Shown in pieces: positions 18,553 to 27,804 of a stretch of 64,000 nt of DNA (the stretch's first letter is position 1; every line of letters begins with the position of its first letter). The stretch lies in assembly GCA_004297445.1 (NCBI GenBank), contig SCUK01000052.1:9159-73158 (forward strand), in the 5' to 3' direction. A program made the translations under genes and the position numbers. This DNA comes from Anaerolineae bacterium (GTDB taxonomy: Bacteria; Chloroflexota; Anaerolineae; Anaerolineales; UBA11579). The notes beneath the pieces were generated by a model. It searched no databases, had not been told where the DNA came from, and worked only from the letters and a program-made list of their open reading frames with translations.

Positions 18553-21363
18553 ATGACGAATGCTAAACTCGGCCAGGACGGCGCGAACGGGGAGACGCGC
18601 GACTGGCATTCCATGAGCGCCGACGAGGCACTGGCGGCGCTGGAGACCTCGGCGCAGAACGGCCTTACCACCGAGCAGGTGGCCGAGCGCACCTCACGTT
18701 ACGGACTCAACCAGCTCACCGAAGCCCCACCGCCCTCGTTCTGGGCGCTGTTGTGGGCGCAATTCAAGGACTTTGTGGTCATGCTACTCATCGGTGCGTC
18801 GGTCATTTCGGCGTTCCTGGGTGAGTGGGTCGAGGCGGCGGCCATCATGGCCATCGTCGTGCTGAACGCCATCCTGGGCATCGTGCAGGAGCGGCGTGCC
18901 GAGCAGGCGCTGGCGGCCTTGAAACAACTGGCGGCACCGGAAGCCAGTGTCATCCGCAATGGGCAGCGCGAGACCGTGCCGGCGCGTGAACTGGTGCCGG
19001 GGGATATCGTGATGCTGGAAGCCGGTAACTACATTCCGGCGGATGTTCGCCTGGTTGAAACGGTCAACCTTCGAATCGAAGAAGCCGCCTTGACGGGCGA
19101 ATCCGTGCCGGTGCAGAAAGATGCCGGCCTGCAACTGGACGCCAAAGCCGACCTGGGTGACCGCAAAAACAGCGCCTATCTGGGAACGCTGACGTCTTAC
19201 GGGCGGGGCAAAGCGCTGGTGGTGGAAACCGGCATGCAAACGGAAATCGGCCGCATTGCAGCGATGCTGGCTGCCGTGGAGCAGGAACAGACACCCCTGC
19301 AAAAGCGGCTGGAAGAACTGGGCAAGACACTGGGTTGGGCGGCACTGGGCATTTGTGCGCTGGTGTTCCTCATCGGCTGGTTGCGCGGCAATGACCCGCT
19401 GGAAATGTTCTTGGTGGCGGTGAGCCTGGCGATTGCCGCCGTCCCGGAAGGGCTGCCGGCCATCGTGACCATCAGCCTGGCGCTGGGCATGCGGGAGATG
19501 ATCGCCCGCAACGCGCTCATCCGGCGGCTGTCCTCGGTGGAGACGCTCGGCTCAGCCACCACCATCGGCTCGGACAAGACCGGCACCCTGACGCAGAACG
19601 AGATGACCGTGACGCACCTTTCGGTGGATGGCAAGGAAATCAACATCACCGGCACCGGCTACGCGCCGGAGGGCCGGTTCGAGATTCACGGCGAGCCGGT
19701 GGATTTGATTGAGTATCCGGCCAGCACGACTGCCCTGTGGGTTGGCGCGTTGAGCAACGACGCCCAACTGGTGCGCCGCGAGCAAAACGGTCAGACCACC
19801 CACCGCATGATCGGCGACCCGACCGAGGGCGCCATCATCGTGGCGGCGGCCAAGGCCAGCCGCGACTACGAGCACCTGAGCGCAGCCTACCCGCGCGTGC
19901 AGGAAATCCCGTTTGATTCGGTACGCAAGCGCATGACGACCATCCACAAAGTGGAGAATCCGCGCAAGGAAGATTTTTCGCCGTTCGTTGACAATGACCC
20001 GCACGCCGGCTCGTATGTGGTGGCGGTGAAGGGCGCGCCGGATGTGGTGCTGGACCTCTGCAAGCAGTACCAGCAACTGGATGACAGCGTGGCCTTGATG
20101 ACCGAAGGCGTGCGCCAGCGGGTGCTGGCTGCCAACAAAGACATGGCCTCGCAGGCCCTGCGAGTAATCGGCATGGCGTACAAGGTCGTGAAAGCTCTGC
20201 CGGAAACGCTGACCCCGGAAACGGTCGAAACCGACCTGATCTTTGTTGGCTTGGTGGGGATGATAGACCCGCCGCGCGAGGAAGTGAAGGACTCGCTGGC
20301 CAAAGCCCGCGCCGCCGGAATCCGCACGGTGATGATTACCGGCGATTATCCCGACACCGCCAAAGCGATTGCCGAGCACATCGGGCTGATCCAACCCGGG
20401 CACGGCGTGCTGGCCGGGCATGAACTCAACGAGATGAGCGATGAGGAACTGGCGCGCCGCGTGAATGATGTGGATGTATTCGCGCGCGTCTCACCGGAAC
20501 ACAAGGTACGCATCGTGCGCGCCCTGCGCGCCAACAACCAGGTGGTGGCGATGACCGGCGACGGCGTGAACGACGCGCCGGCCCTCAAGCAGGCCGACAT
20601 CGGCGTGGCGATGGGCATCACCGGCACCGATGTGGCCAAGGAAACCGCCGACATGGTGCTGACCGACGACAACTATTCGAGCATCGTCTCGGCCATTGAG
20701 CAGGGGCGCATCATCTACAGCAACATCCGCAAGTTCGTGTTCTTCCTGCTGTCCTGCAATACCGCCGAAATCGCCATCATCTTCACGGCCATCCTGGTGG
20801 ACCTGCCCTCGCCGTTGAATCCGATCCAACTGCTGTGGCTCAACCTGCTGACGGACGGTGCGCCGGCGCTGGCGCTGGGCATGGAGAAGGGCGACCCGGA
20901 CATCATGGACCAGAAGCCGCGCCCGGCCAATGAACCCATCATCGACAGGGAAATGCGCATCGGCATCCTGATCCAGACGATTGTCAAGACAATCGCGGTG
21001 CTGGGCGCGTACCTGCTGGGCCTGAAGCAATACCCGATGCCGGACGGCCACGCGTTCAACCCGACCGCGGCGACGATGGCGTTCGTGACGCTGGCCTTCT
21101 GCGAATTGCTGCGGGCCTACACCGCCCGCTCGGAGCATTACCCATTGCTAAAGATCGGCGTGTTCAGCAACAAGAGCATGAACTGGGCGGTACTGATCTC
21201 GGCGGTGTTGATCCTGGTGGTGGTGTATATCCCGTTCCTGAACGGCGTGTTTGAGACCGTGCCGCTGGGCTGGACACAGTGGCTGGAAGTGATGCCGCTC
21301 ATCTGGCTGCCGGCTATTGCCGCTGAAATCACCAAAGTGTTCCTGTCGCGACGGGCGAAGTAA
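18553..21363 (+). CDS. P-type cation-transporting ATPase (P2, Ca2+/PacL-like)
   Basis: ATG 18553 after GGAG; TGES, phosphorylation site DKTGTLT, hinge MTGDGVNDAPALK, ten predicted TM segments. Confidence 0.9.
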   Translation: MTNAKLGQDGANGETRDWHSMSADEALAALETSAQNGLTTEQVAERTSRYGLNQLTEAPPPSFWALLWAQFKDFVVMLLIGASVISAFLGEWVEAAAIMAIVVLNAILGIVQERRAEQALAALKQLAAPEASVIRNGQRETVPARELVPGDIVMLEAGNYIPADVRLVETVNLRIEEAALTGESVPVQKDAGLQLDAKADLGDRKNSAYLGTLTSYGRGKALVVETGMQTEIGRIAAMLAAVEQEQTPLQKRLEELGKTLGWAALGICALVFLIGWLRGNDPLEMFLVAVSLAIAAVPEGLPAIVTISLALGMREMIARNALIRRLSSVETLGSATTIGSDKTGTLTQNEMTVTHLSVDGKEINITGTGYAPEGRFEIHGEPVDLIEYPASTTALWVGALSNDAQLVRREQNGQTTHRMIGDPTEGAIIVAAAKASRDYEHLSAAYPRVQEIPFDSVRKRMTTIHKVENPRKEDFSPFVDNDPHAGSYVVAVKGAPDVVLDLCKQYQQLDDSVALMTEGVRQRVLAANKDMASQALRVIGMAYKVVKALPETLTPETVETDLIFVGLVGMIDPPREEVKDSLAKARAAGIRTVMITGDYPDTAKAIAEHIGLIQPGHGVLAGHELNEMSDEELARRVNDVDVFARVSPEHKVRIVRALRANNQVVAMTGDGVNDAPALKQADIGVAMGITGTDVAKETADMVLTDDNYSSIVSAIEQGRIIYSNIRKFVFFLLSCNTAEIAIIFTAILVDLPSPLNPIQLLWLNLLTDGAPALALGMEKGDPDIMDQKPRPANEPIIDREMRIGILIQTIVKTIAVLGAYLLGLKQYPMPDGHAFNPTAATMAFVTLAFCELLRAYTARSEHYPLLKIGVFSNKSMNWAVLISAVLILVVVYIPFLNGVFETVPLGWTQWLEVMPLIWLPAIAAEITKVFLSRRAK

Positions 21364-21396
21364 CCGGGCCGCGTTGAGTCGAATTCCATTATTTTG

Positions 21397-21438
21397 AAAA
21401 CGAGAGGCGGTCACCGTGAAGTGGCCGCCTCTCGTTTT
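21397..21438. terminator. bidirectional intrinsic terminator
   Basis: AAAACGAGAGGCGG...CCGCCTCTCGTTTT; A and T runs on both sides; lies between convergent genes. Confidence 0.8.
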
Positions 21439-21460
21439 GCCAGATATTTAGGGTCTTTTC

Positions 21461-23461
21461 TTATTTCATTCGTTCGGCCACAATTTCAGCGACATCCTTG
21501 ACCACCATCCCCTCGCCGGCAGCCTTGTTGGCGTCGTTCATCATCACCATGCAGAACGGGCAGCCCACAGCCAGCGTGCCCGCGCCGGTGGCCTGCGCCT
21601 GGGCATAGCGGTTGGCGTTGACGCCTTCGGTGCCGTGTTCTTCTTCTTTCCACATCTGCGCGCCGCCCGCGCCGCAACAGAATGACCCGGAGCCGTGCTT
21701 CTGCATCTCGACCAGGTTTGCGCCCGTGCTTTCCAGCACCTGGCGCGGGTCAATGAGGATGCTGTTCTGACGGCCGAGGTAACACGGGTCATGGAAAGTG
21801 AGGCTTTCGGAGCTGCCCTCTTCCAGAGTGAGTTTCCCGGATTGAATCAGTTCGTTGATGAGCTGGGTGTGGTGGACGACCTCGTAGTTGCCGCCGAATG
21901 CGGGGTACTCGTTCAGCAGGGTGTGCAGGCAGTGCGGGCAGGCGGCGACAATGCGTTTGGGCTTGACTTCGTTCAGCAGTTCGACGTTGGCCTTCGCCAT
22001 CTCGAAGAACAGGTACTCATTGCCGGCACGGCGGGCGCTGTCGCCGGTGCAGGTTTCGTGTTGGCCCAACACGGCGTAGTTCACGCCAGCCTTGTTGAGG
22101 ATGGCGGCGAAGGCGCGGGCGGTTTTCTGGGCGCGGGCGTCGGTGCTGGCGGCACAACCCACCCACCACAGGATGTCCGGCTCGGGGTTCTGGTCGATGG
22201 TTTTTACATCCAGCCCTTCGGCCCACTTGAGTCGCTCGGTGGCAGGCACGCCCCAGGGGTTGCTGGCACGCTCCATGCCGCGGAAGGCGGTCTGCCACTG
22301 CTCCGGGAACTTGTTTTCCATGAGCACCAGCGAACGGCGGACTTCGAGGATGTCGCGCATCGGGTCGTTGCCGACCGGGCAGATTTCGGTGCACGCGCCG
22401 CAGGCGGTGCAGGCCATCACGGCTTCCTGGGTGATGGCGAACTCCAGCAGGGTCTTGCTGCTGGCCTCGCCACGCGCCAGCCGTCCACTCTCTTCGTTCA
22501 GGAAGTAGCGTTTGTTGATTTCCAGCGCGGCCGGGGAGAGCACCTTGCCGGTGGTGTAGGCGGGGCAGGCGTCCTGGCAGCGATTGCACATGATGCAGGC
22601 GTAGGCATCCAGGATGGAGTGCCACGGCAGGTCTTCGATGCGGGTGGCGCCGAACTGCGAAATGCTCTCGTCTTCAAAGTTAATGGGGGTCAGCGCGCCG
22701 GGGGATTTGAACCGCGGCCGCAACAGGTAGTTGATGGGGGCCATAAACAGGTGCACGTGCTTGGAGATGAGGAAGTAAGGCATGAAGGCCATGATGACGC
22801 CCAGCGCCACCCAGAACCCGACGTGCACGCCCGTTTCCAACGCCGCGGGACTCCAACCGGCCCACAGTCCGCCCAACAGCGAAGCGAACGGCTGGAAGGC
22901 ATCCGGTTCGAGGACGACCTCGAAAGATTTGCCGAGGAAGCGGAAGCCGATGTGCACCAGAATAAAGACGCCGACGATGAGCGAATCGCGCATCTTGCCG
23001 AAAGCGGCCTTGGGGTGCAGCAGGGTGGTGGCGCGGGTGTTGAGGGCGGGGTCACGGCGCACGAAGCGGCGGACGAGCAGGAGGGTCATGCCGATGAGCA
23101 CCCCCACGCTCAACACGTCGGCGAGCAGACGGTAGAAGTTTCCGAGCGGGCCGGCGCCGAGCATGTGGAACTCCGGCAGGTAGCCTTCCAGCACATCGCC
23201 AAGGTTTACCAATAGATACAAGGTAAAGCCCCACGCCACGAGGGCATGGAACAGGCTGGCGAGCGGGCGGGTTTTCCAGGTGGGGGTGAGGCCGACGAAC
23301 TTGACGGCGACATCGACCAAGCGACCGGGGATGATGGACCAGTCCGGCTTTCCCTGGCCGCGGCCAATGGTTCGAGCGATGCGCAGTGCGACGAAGCCGG
23401 CGGCGCCGGCGGCGGCCACAGCGGCGATGAGGAAGATGATGCGTTCAATGGGAGAGAGCAT
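21461..23461 (-). CDS. membrane-anchored HdrD/GlpC/DsrK-like Fe-S oxidoreductase (polytopic N-domain, 2x[4Fe-4S], 2x CCG domain)
   Basis: 666 aa; N-terminal ~250 aa hydrophobic; CIMCNRCQDACP and CTACGACTEICP ferredoxin motifs; Cys-rich CCG-type motifs VGCAAS...CPHC and HDPCYLGR...CCGAGG...CPFC. Confidence 0.75.
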   Translation of the reverse strand: MLSPIERIIFLIAAVAAAGAAGFVALRIARTIGRGQGKPDWSIIPGRLVDVAVKFVGLTPTWKTRPLASLFHALVAWGFTLYLLVNLGDVLEGYLPEFHMLGAGPLGNFYRLLADVLSVGVLIGMTLLLVRRFVRRDPALNTRATTLLHPKAAFGKMRDSLIVGVFILVHIGFRFLGKSFEVVLEPDAFQPFASLLGGLWAGWSPAALETGVHVGFWVALGVIMAFMPYFLISKHVHLFMAPINYLLRPRFKSPGALTPINFEDESISQFGATRIEDLPWHSILDAYACIMCNRCQDACPAYTTGKVLSPAALEINKRYFLNEESGRLARGEASSKTLLEFAITQEAVMACTACGACTEICPVGNDPMRDILEVRRSLVLMENKFPEQWQTAFRGMERASNPWGVPATERLKWAEGLDVKTIDQNPEPDILWWVGCAASTDARAQKTARAFAAILNKAGVNYAVLGQHETCTGDSARRAGNEYLFFEMAKANVELLNEVKPKRIVAACPHCLHTLLNEYPAFGGNYEVVHHTQLINELIQSGKLTLEEGSSESLTFHDPCYLGRQNSILIDPRQVLESTGANLVEMQKHGSGSFCCGAGGAQMWKEEEHGTEGVNANRYAQAQATGAGTLAVGCPFCMVMMNDANKAAGEGMVVKDVAEIVAERMK

Positions 23462-23645
23462 GGGCGGACCTCGCGGGGCTAATCAAGGGATGGGGCTGGC
23501 GCGATGCGGGCGGTATTGAAAGGTGCGGGCCGTGCGCGAAAAGTTTACCATGAGGGGTTGACCAGGTTTACACCCAAATTTGGAACTAACTACAAGTCTC
23601 CCAACAGTTGATTAGGTTAAGTTCTAGGGCAGGTAAATATATCGG

Positions 23646-24224
23646 TTACGTCGGCTGATTTTCTAGAGTTTCCCGTATCGCTCTTGCATCTCGAATCCAA
23701 TTCTCAAGAAGTCTTCTACCCGGTAATTTCCTTACCAGTTTCTTCTTGCTGTTTGTCTCTTTGGCTTGTAGATAAAGATCTTCAGGAACTAGTTCTGTAA
23801 GATCTTCGATGTTTACAATACCTAGATTGCTTAATAAATCCACATACTCTTCTGTCATTCCACGAAGCACAAATAAGTCTGATGGTTGAATCTGAATGTA
23901 TCCGGAGTTTGTTACATTGAGAATCTCAACAATATGTGCATTGAGACTCTTGTGCTCTTGCCGTGCACGAATCGTCAGGCGGCGGTGCAGTTCAGGGTCG
24001 ATACGAAGAACGAACTTGCCGGAAAACGGGCGTTCCGGTTCTTCACCCCGTTCTTTGCAAAAGGCCAAGTAATCTTCTACCGAGTCGGCAAGCGCCTGAC
24101 GAAGTTCATCCGGCGTGGTGCCCTGAAACGTAATCACGTCGCTAGTATTGATGACCTCGCCGTGAAAAATCCCGGCTTCGTCATCAAATTCCACGGTGGC
24201 GATATAGTTTTTGTATTCCATCAT
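23646..24224 (-). CDS. hicB: HicB-family antitoxin with RHH segment and a C-terminal DUF4332-like extension
   Basis: N-terminal YIATVEFDDEAGIFHGEV...TFQGTTPDELRQALADSVEDYLAFC; RHH-like RLTIRARQEHKSLNAHIVEIL; extra ~85 aa ending KKKLVRKLPGRRLLENWIRDARAI; ATG abuts the hicA stop. Confidence 0.8.
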   Translation of the reverse strand: MMEYKNYIATVEFDDEAGIFHGEVINTSDVITFQGTTPDELRQALADSVEDYLAFCKERGEEPERPFSGKFVLRIDPELHRRLTIRARQEHKSLNAHIVEILNVTNSGYIQIQPSDLFVLRGMTEEYVDLLSNLGIVNIEDLTELVPEDLYLQAKETNSKKKLVRKLPGRRLLENWIRDARAIRETLENQPT

Positions 24225-24485
24225 CTATCCTTCCGGGGCGATTCCGGCGGTAAATAGGAACCGTCTCATAGATTTCATCGCGCCCTTGTCTGTTTCTTTT
24301 TGCGGGTGAGGGCGGTGAAACACGGCACGAACACCGTTCAATGTAACCCGCAAACGCGAACCACTACCTTCTGATATCTCCGCACCTAAGGCCGTCAATA
24401 GATTTTCAATGTCTTTCCAATTGAGGTTGGAGGGAATCGGGTCCGTGAAGATGCGTTCTAGAGTTCGACGCTGACGGGCATTCAT
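24225..24485 (-). CDS. hicA: HicA-family mRNA interferase toxin
   Basis: 86 aa; MNARQRRTLERIFTDPIPSNLNWKDIENLLTALGAEISEGSGSRLRV...FHRPHP; directly upstream of hicB. Confidence 0.85.
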   Translation of the reverse strand: MNARQRRTLERIFTDPIPSNLNWKDIENLLTALGAEISEGSGSRLRVTLNGVRAVFHRPHPQKETDKGAMKSMRRFLFTAGIAPEG

Positions 24486-24494
24486 TGTGGGTGT

Positions 24495-24523
24495 ATAGTA
24501 TCATTTAATAGTACCATTGTCAA
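24495..24523 (-). promoter_or_regulatory. hicAB promoter
   Basis: Minus strand reads TTGACA-N17-TACTAT, then 9 nt, then the hicA ATG (very short or no leader). Confidence 0.6.
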
Positions 24524-24605
24524 TCTATCCTACCTTCACCGCCAGCCTTGGATACAGCGCTTACTGTACCGCGGTGGGAAAGTTGAACTCCACAAGCTTA
24601 TACGG

Positions 24606-24935
24606 TCATACCGCGAACATGGCCGCGAGGGTGGCCAGCACCGACTTGCCGGTAGCAGAAGACACCACACCTAGCCGTTTAACCAGCCTTTTCTTGTCCA
24701 CCGTGCGCAGTTGGTCCAGCACCACCCAGCCATTCTTACCCTGAAATCTGCAGGGCACCCGCGTAGGGTACTCCCGCCCTTTCGTCGTCATCGGCGCGAC
24801 GATGACTGTACCGATGTGCTCGTTCATTTCATCCGGCGAGATGACCAGGGCTGGGCGGGTCTTGCGCATCTCACGCCCCACGGTCGGGTCAAAGCTGACC
24901 AGGTACACCTCAAAGCGGCGGGCTACCACTCCCAT
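24606..24935 (-). CDS. mazF: MazF/PemK-family endoribonuclease toxin
   Basis: 109 aa; FEVYLVSFDPTVGREMRKTRPALVISPDEMN...VIVAPMTT signature; overlaps mazE by 13 nt. Confidence 0.85.
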   Translation of the reverse strand: MGVVARRFEVYLVSFDPTVGREMRKTRPALVISPDEMNEHIGTVIVAPMTTKGREYPTRVPCRFQGKNGWVVLDQLRTVDKKRLVKRLGVVSSATGKSVLATLAAMFAV

Positions 24936-25183
24936 TCCTCATCGTCCCACTCATGGTTCAGGTCATCGCTCTCCAACAGAGCGTCATCCCCAACCGCGGC
25001 CATGCGGGCGAAGGCTTCGGCCCAGCCGGTGCGAGGTTCGATCAGGGCGCGCAGAATGAGCTGGTTCTCACCGACAACCAGTTCGACTTCTTCGCCCAGA
25101 TTGGCCTGTTCCAGCAATATCTTCGGGATACGCACCCCCTGCGAGTTGCCGATTTTCACAATCTTTGTGGTCGGATTATTCAT
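24923..25183 (-). CDS. mazE: AbrB/MazE/SpoVT-family antitoxin
   Basis: 86 aa; KIVKIGNSQGVRIPKILLEQANL swapped-hairpin motif, acidic C-terminal tail; GGAGG 5 nt upstream. Confidence 0.85.
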   Translation of the reverse strand: MNNPTTKIVKIGNSQGVRIPKILLEQANLGEEVELVVGENQLILRALIEPRTGWAEAFARMAAVGDDALLESDDLNHEWDDEEWEW

Positions 25184-25197
25184 GCCACACCTCCGTA

Positions 25198-25220
25198 GTA
25201 ATCACATTGTAATTACATTG
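25198..25220 (-). promoter_or_regulatory. tandem direct repeat upstream of mazE (candidate operator)
   Basis: GTAATCACATTG followed by TAATTACATTG, starting 15 nt upstream of the mazE start. Confidence 0.4.
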
Positions 25221-25247
25221 GCTGGCGGTGTCAACCCGGGTCAATCC

Positions 25248-26096
25248 TTACCCCAACAACCTCTTCAAATAATCCAGATGCGGTTCGACGGCGAGGGCGC
25301 CCTGCTCAATGATGAAGGGAATCTTGGCGACATCGTTCAGGCCGATGTTGTACTCAAACGGCGGCACGATGGTGATGATCTCGGCGTGGTGCATCAGGCT
25401 GGCAGAGGCGAACTGGTAGGCCAGCAACTGGTTGGTCATGTTGCTGAACATCTGCATGGCGTAAGCGCCGACGGTGCGCACGTCTTTCTGCGGCGGGGTC
25501 TCGAAACCCACAGCGATAATGAGGTCTGCGCCGGCGCGCACCGCCACATCCACCGGTAACGGGTCGGACAGTGCGCCATCCACCAGCAGGCGGCCATCCA
25601 CCTCGCGCGGCTCGAACAACAAGGGGATACCGGCGCTGGCGCGCACCGCATCCACCAGCCGCCCGCGGGTAATCACCACGGGTTCGCCGGTCAGCAAGTC
25701 GGTACACACCACATGAAAGGGGATGCGGGTGTGCTCGAACATGGTGAATTTGCCGTAGGCGGCCTCGAAGCCGCGCAGTATGGGCGCATCACGGAAGATG
25801 CCAAAGCGCTCGGAGAATTTCAGCCATTTGGGCAGGGCCATCTCGGCAATGTCGCGATAATTCACCTGACTGGTCACGTCCGACTTCCAGGCCAGCATGG
25901 CGGTCTTGACGGCCTGTTCCGGGGCAAATCCCAGCGCGACCAGCGCACCGAAGATGGCGCCTCCGGAGCAACCGACGACGAAATCAATGCCGATGCCGGC
26001 CTCGGTCAGCCGCCGCCAAGTGCCCAAGGCGGCGGCGCACTTCAGCCCGCCAGAGCCGATGACCAGCGCCACACGTTGCTTCGGGGCGTCGCTCAT
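25248..26096 (-). CDS. patatin-like phospholipase (catalytic motifs intact)
   Basis: 282 aa; oxyanion GSGGLK, nucleophile elbow GCSGG, catalytic Asp DGALSDPLP. Confidence 0.85.
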   Translation of the reverse strand: MSDAPKQRVALVIGSGGLKCAAALGTWRRLTEAGIGIDFVVGCSGGAIFGALVALGFAPEQAVKTAMLAWKSDVTSQVNYRDIAEMALPKWLKFSERFGIFRDAPILRGFEAAYGKFTMFEHTRIPFHVVCTDLLTGEPVVITRGRLVDAVRASAGIPLLFEPREVDGRLLVDGALSDPLPVDVAVRAGADLIIAVGFETPPQKDVRTVGAYAMQMFSNMTNQLLAYQFASASLMHHAEIITIVPPFEYNIGLNDVAKIPFIIEQGALAVEPHLDYLKRLLG

Positions 26097-26938
26097 GTCG
26101 ACTCCATCAGACGCATCAATTGCGGCAGGATGCGTTCGCCTTCGCGCTCCCCCACCGAGATAATGTAAGGAACTTCGTGGGTGTCGAACTGGTGAATCGG
26201 GCGGTCGAACCGCGGCACGATGGAAATCACTTCCAAATGGTGCGCCATGCTATGAAAAGCCGAGGACGCTTTGAGCAGATTCCCAGTCATCACACCCTGC
26301 ACGTGGAAAAGGAACTTGCCAAAGTTATCCAGGGGGATGATGGGCGTGGATTCAAACCCGAGGGCCAGGATGATGTCTGCGCCTTCGCGCATCGCCACGC
26401 CCACCGGCAACGGGTCGGAAAGGTAGGCATCCGCCAGCAGTTGCTCGCCGCGACGCACCGGCGCAAACACCAGCGGCAGGGCGATGCTGGCGCGCACCGC
26501 CTCCCACAGCAGGCCTTCGCTCAACACCACCTGGTGGCCGGTCATGTAATCCGTGGCGGGGATAAAGAGCGGGATGATGCAATCGGCAAAGGTCTTGCCG
26601 TTAAAAGCGGTCTGAAGGCGTTCGTTAATCAAGCGGTCTTCGCGCAGGTAAAAGAACTCGCGCGCCTTGAACTGGCGCGGGAAGAGCAATTGCAGGATGG
26701 CGAGGCGATTGGGCAGTTCGGTGACATCGCGGGTCCACAGGCGGGCGTTCATCTCCACGATGTCATCCACCGGGTGGCCAAGAGCGAACAGCGCGGCATA
26801 GATACTGCCTCCTCCGCCGCCGACCAGCAGGTCAATTTCAATGCCCTCGCGGCGCAGAACGCGCAGCAGGCCGAGAGCGGCCGTGCATTTCACGCTGCCC
26901 CAACCCACCACCAGCGCGATGCGCTTGCGGTTCGTCAT
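26093..26938 (-). CDS. patatin-like paralog lacking the nucleophile serine (probable pseudoenzyme)
   Basis: ATG at 26938 (MTNRKRIALVV); aligns without gaps to the downstream paralog, but GCSGG is GGGGG and GSGGLK is GWGSVK; Asp kept (ADAYLSDPLP); ATGA overlap with the next gene. Confidence 0.8.
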   Translation of the reverse strand: MTNRKRIALVVGWGSVKCTAALGLLRVLRREGIEIDLLVGGGGGSIYAALFALGHPVDDIVEMNARLWTRDVTELPNRLAILQLLFPRQFKAREFFYLREDRLINERLQTAFNGKTFADCIIPLFIPATDYMTGHQVVLSEGLLWEAVRASIALPLVFAPVRRGEQLLADAYLSDPLPVGVAMREGADIILALGFESTPIIPLDNFGKFLFHVQGVMTGNLLKASSAFHSMAHHLEVISIVPRFDRPIHQFDTHEVPYIISVGEREGERILPQLMRLMEST

Positions 26939-27001
26939 AAGAGGCTCTCCATTAATAGGATGATACCAAAGACACGCGGGTATCCGGCGTATAATCTCGG
27001 C

Positions 27002-27778
27002 ATGCCGCGCCCCCTGCGTTCCTTCCGGGTGGAGGCCATCGTCCTCAAACACAACGAACATGGGGAAGCCGACCGGCTGCTCACCGTCTACACCCGCGAA
27101 CGCGGCAAACTGAAAGTGCTGGCCAAAGGCGTGCGAAAGCTGAGCAGCCGCAAAGCCGGGCACGTGGAACCCTTCAGCCGCGTCACGCTGCTGCTGGCCA
27201 CCGGCAGCACCTGGTATGTGCTGCAACAGGCCGAAGCTCAGGAAACCTACAATGGCCTGCGGGCCGACCTCACCCGCATGGGCCAGACAGCCTACGCCGC
27301 CGAACTGTTGGACCGTTTCACCATTGAAGAAGAGGAGCACGCGGCGCTGTACCGCCTGCTGGCGCAAACGCTGGGGCGGCTGGCCACCGAAGACGATATT
27401 GACCTGGTTATTCGCTATTACGAGATGCGGCTGTTGGACAACCTGGGCTTCCGACCTGAACTGCAAAAATGCGTGGTCACCGGCGCAGCCATTGTGGCCG
27501 AGGACCAGTACTTCTCGGCATCGCTGGGCGGGGCGGTGAGCGCGGCGGCCGGGCGCGGGCTGGCGGGGGCCGCGCCGGTGAGCCTGGCGGCGTTAAAATA
27601 CATGCGCCACATGCAGCGCAGCAGTTACCGGGAAGCGCAGCGCGCCCGCATCGGCCCCGAGGTGAAACGCGAGATGGAAATCCTGATGCAGCATTACATC
27701 ACCTACCTGCTGGAGCGCGGCCTCAACTCGCCGGCCTTTCTGCGCCGCCTGCGGCAGGACGATGCCGCCCGCAACTGA
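27002..27778 (+). CDS. recO: DNA repair protein RecO
   Basis: ATG 27002; 258 aa; MPRPLRSFRVEAIVLKHNEHGEADRLLTVYTRERGKLKVLAKGVRK... OB-fold N-terminus typical of RecO. Confidence 0.9.
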   Translation: MPRPLRSFRVEAIVLKHNEHGEADRLLTVYTRERGKLKVLAKGVRKLSSRKAGHVEPFSRVTLLLATGSTWYVLQQAEAQETYNGLRADLTRMGQTAYAAELLDRFTIEEEEHAALYRLLAQTLGRLATEDDIDLVIRYYEMRLLDNLGFRPELQKCVVTGAAIVAEDQYFSASLGGAVSAAAGRGLAGAAPVSLAALKYMRHMQRSSYREAQRARIGPEVKREMEILMQHYITYLLERGLNSPAFLRRLRQDDAARN

Positions 27779-27804
27779 GCCTGCCCTGCTTTGAGAACTC
27801 CCCG

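Noticed and set aside
25248-26938. Patatin genes plus the adenylate cyclase at 57025 as a CBASS-like defence system
   Set aside because: The cyclase is a class III membrane adenylate cyclase, not a CD-NTase. It lies 30 kb away on the other strand. There is no SAVED, STING or other sensor domain on the patatins.
26120-27001. Long N-terminal extensions in the ORF track for recO (26120..), the GT-C/permease gene (27469..), the pseudo-patatin (..27466), sdhC, sdhD, mccB, thiP and others
   Set aside because: The extensions overlap neighbouring genes or divergent promoters and are compositionally aberrant. Internal ATG/GTG/TTG starts with SD sequences or stop-start overlaps give proteins of canonical length.
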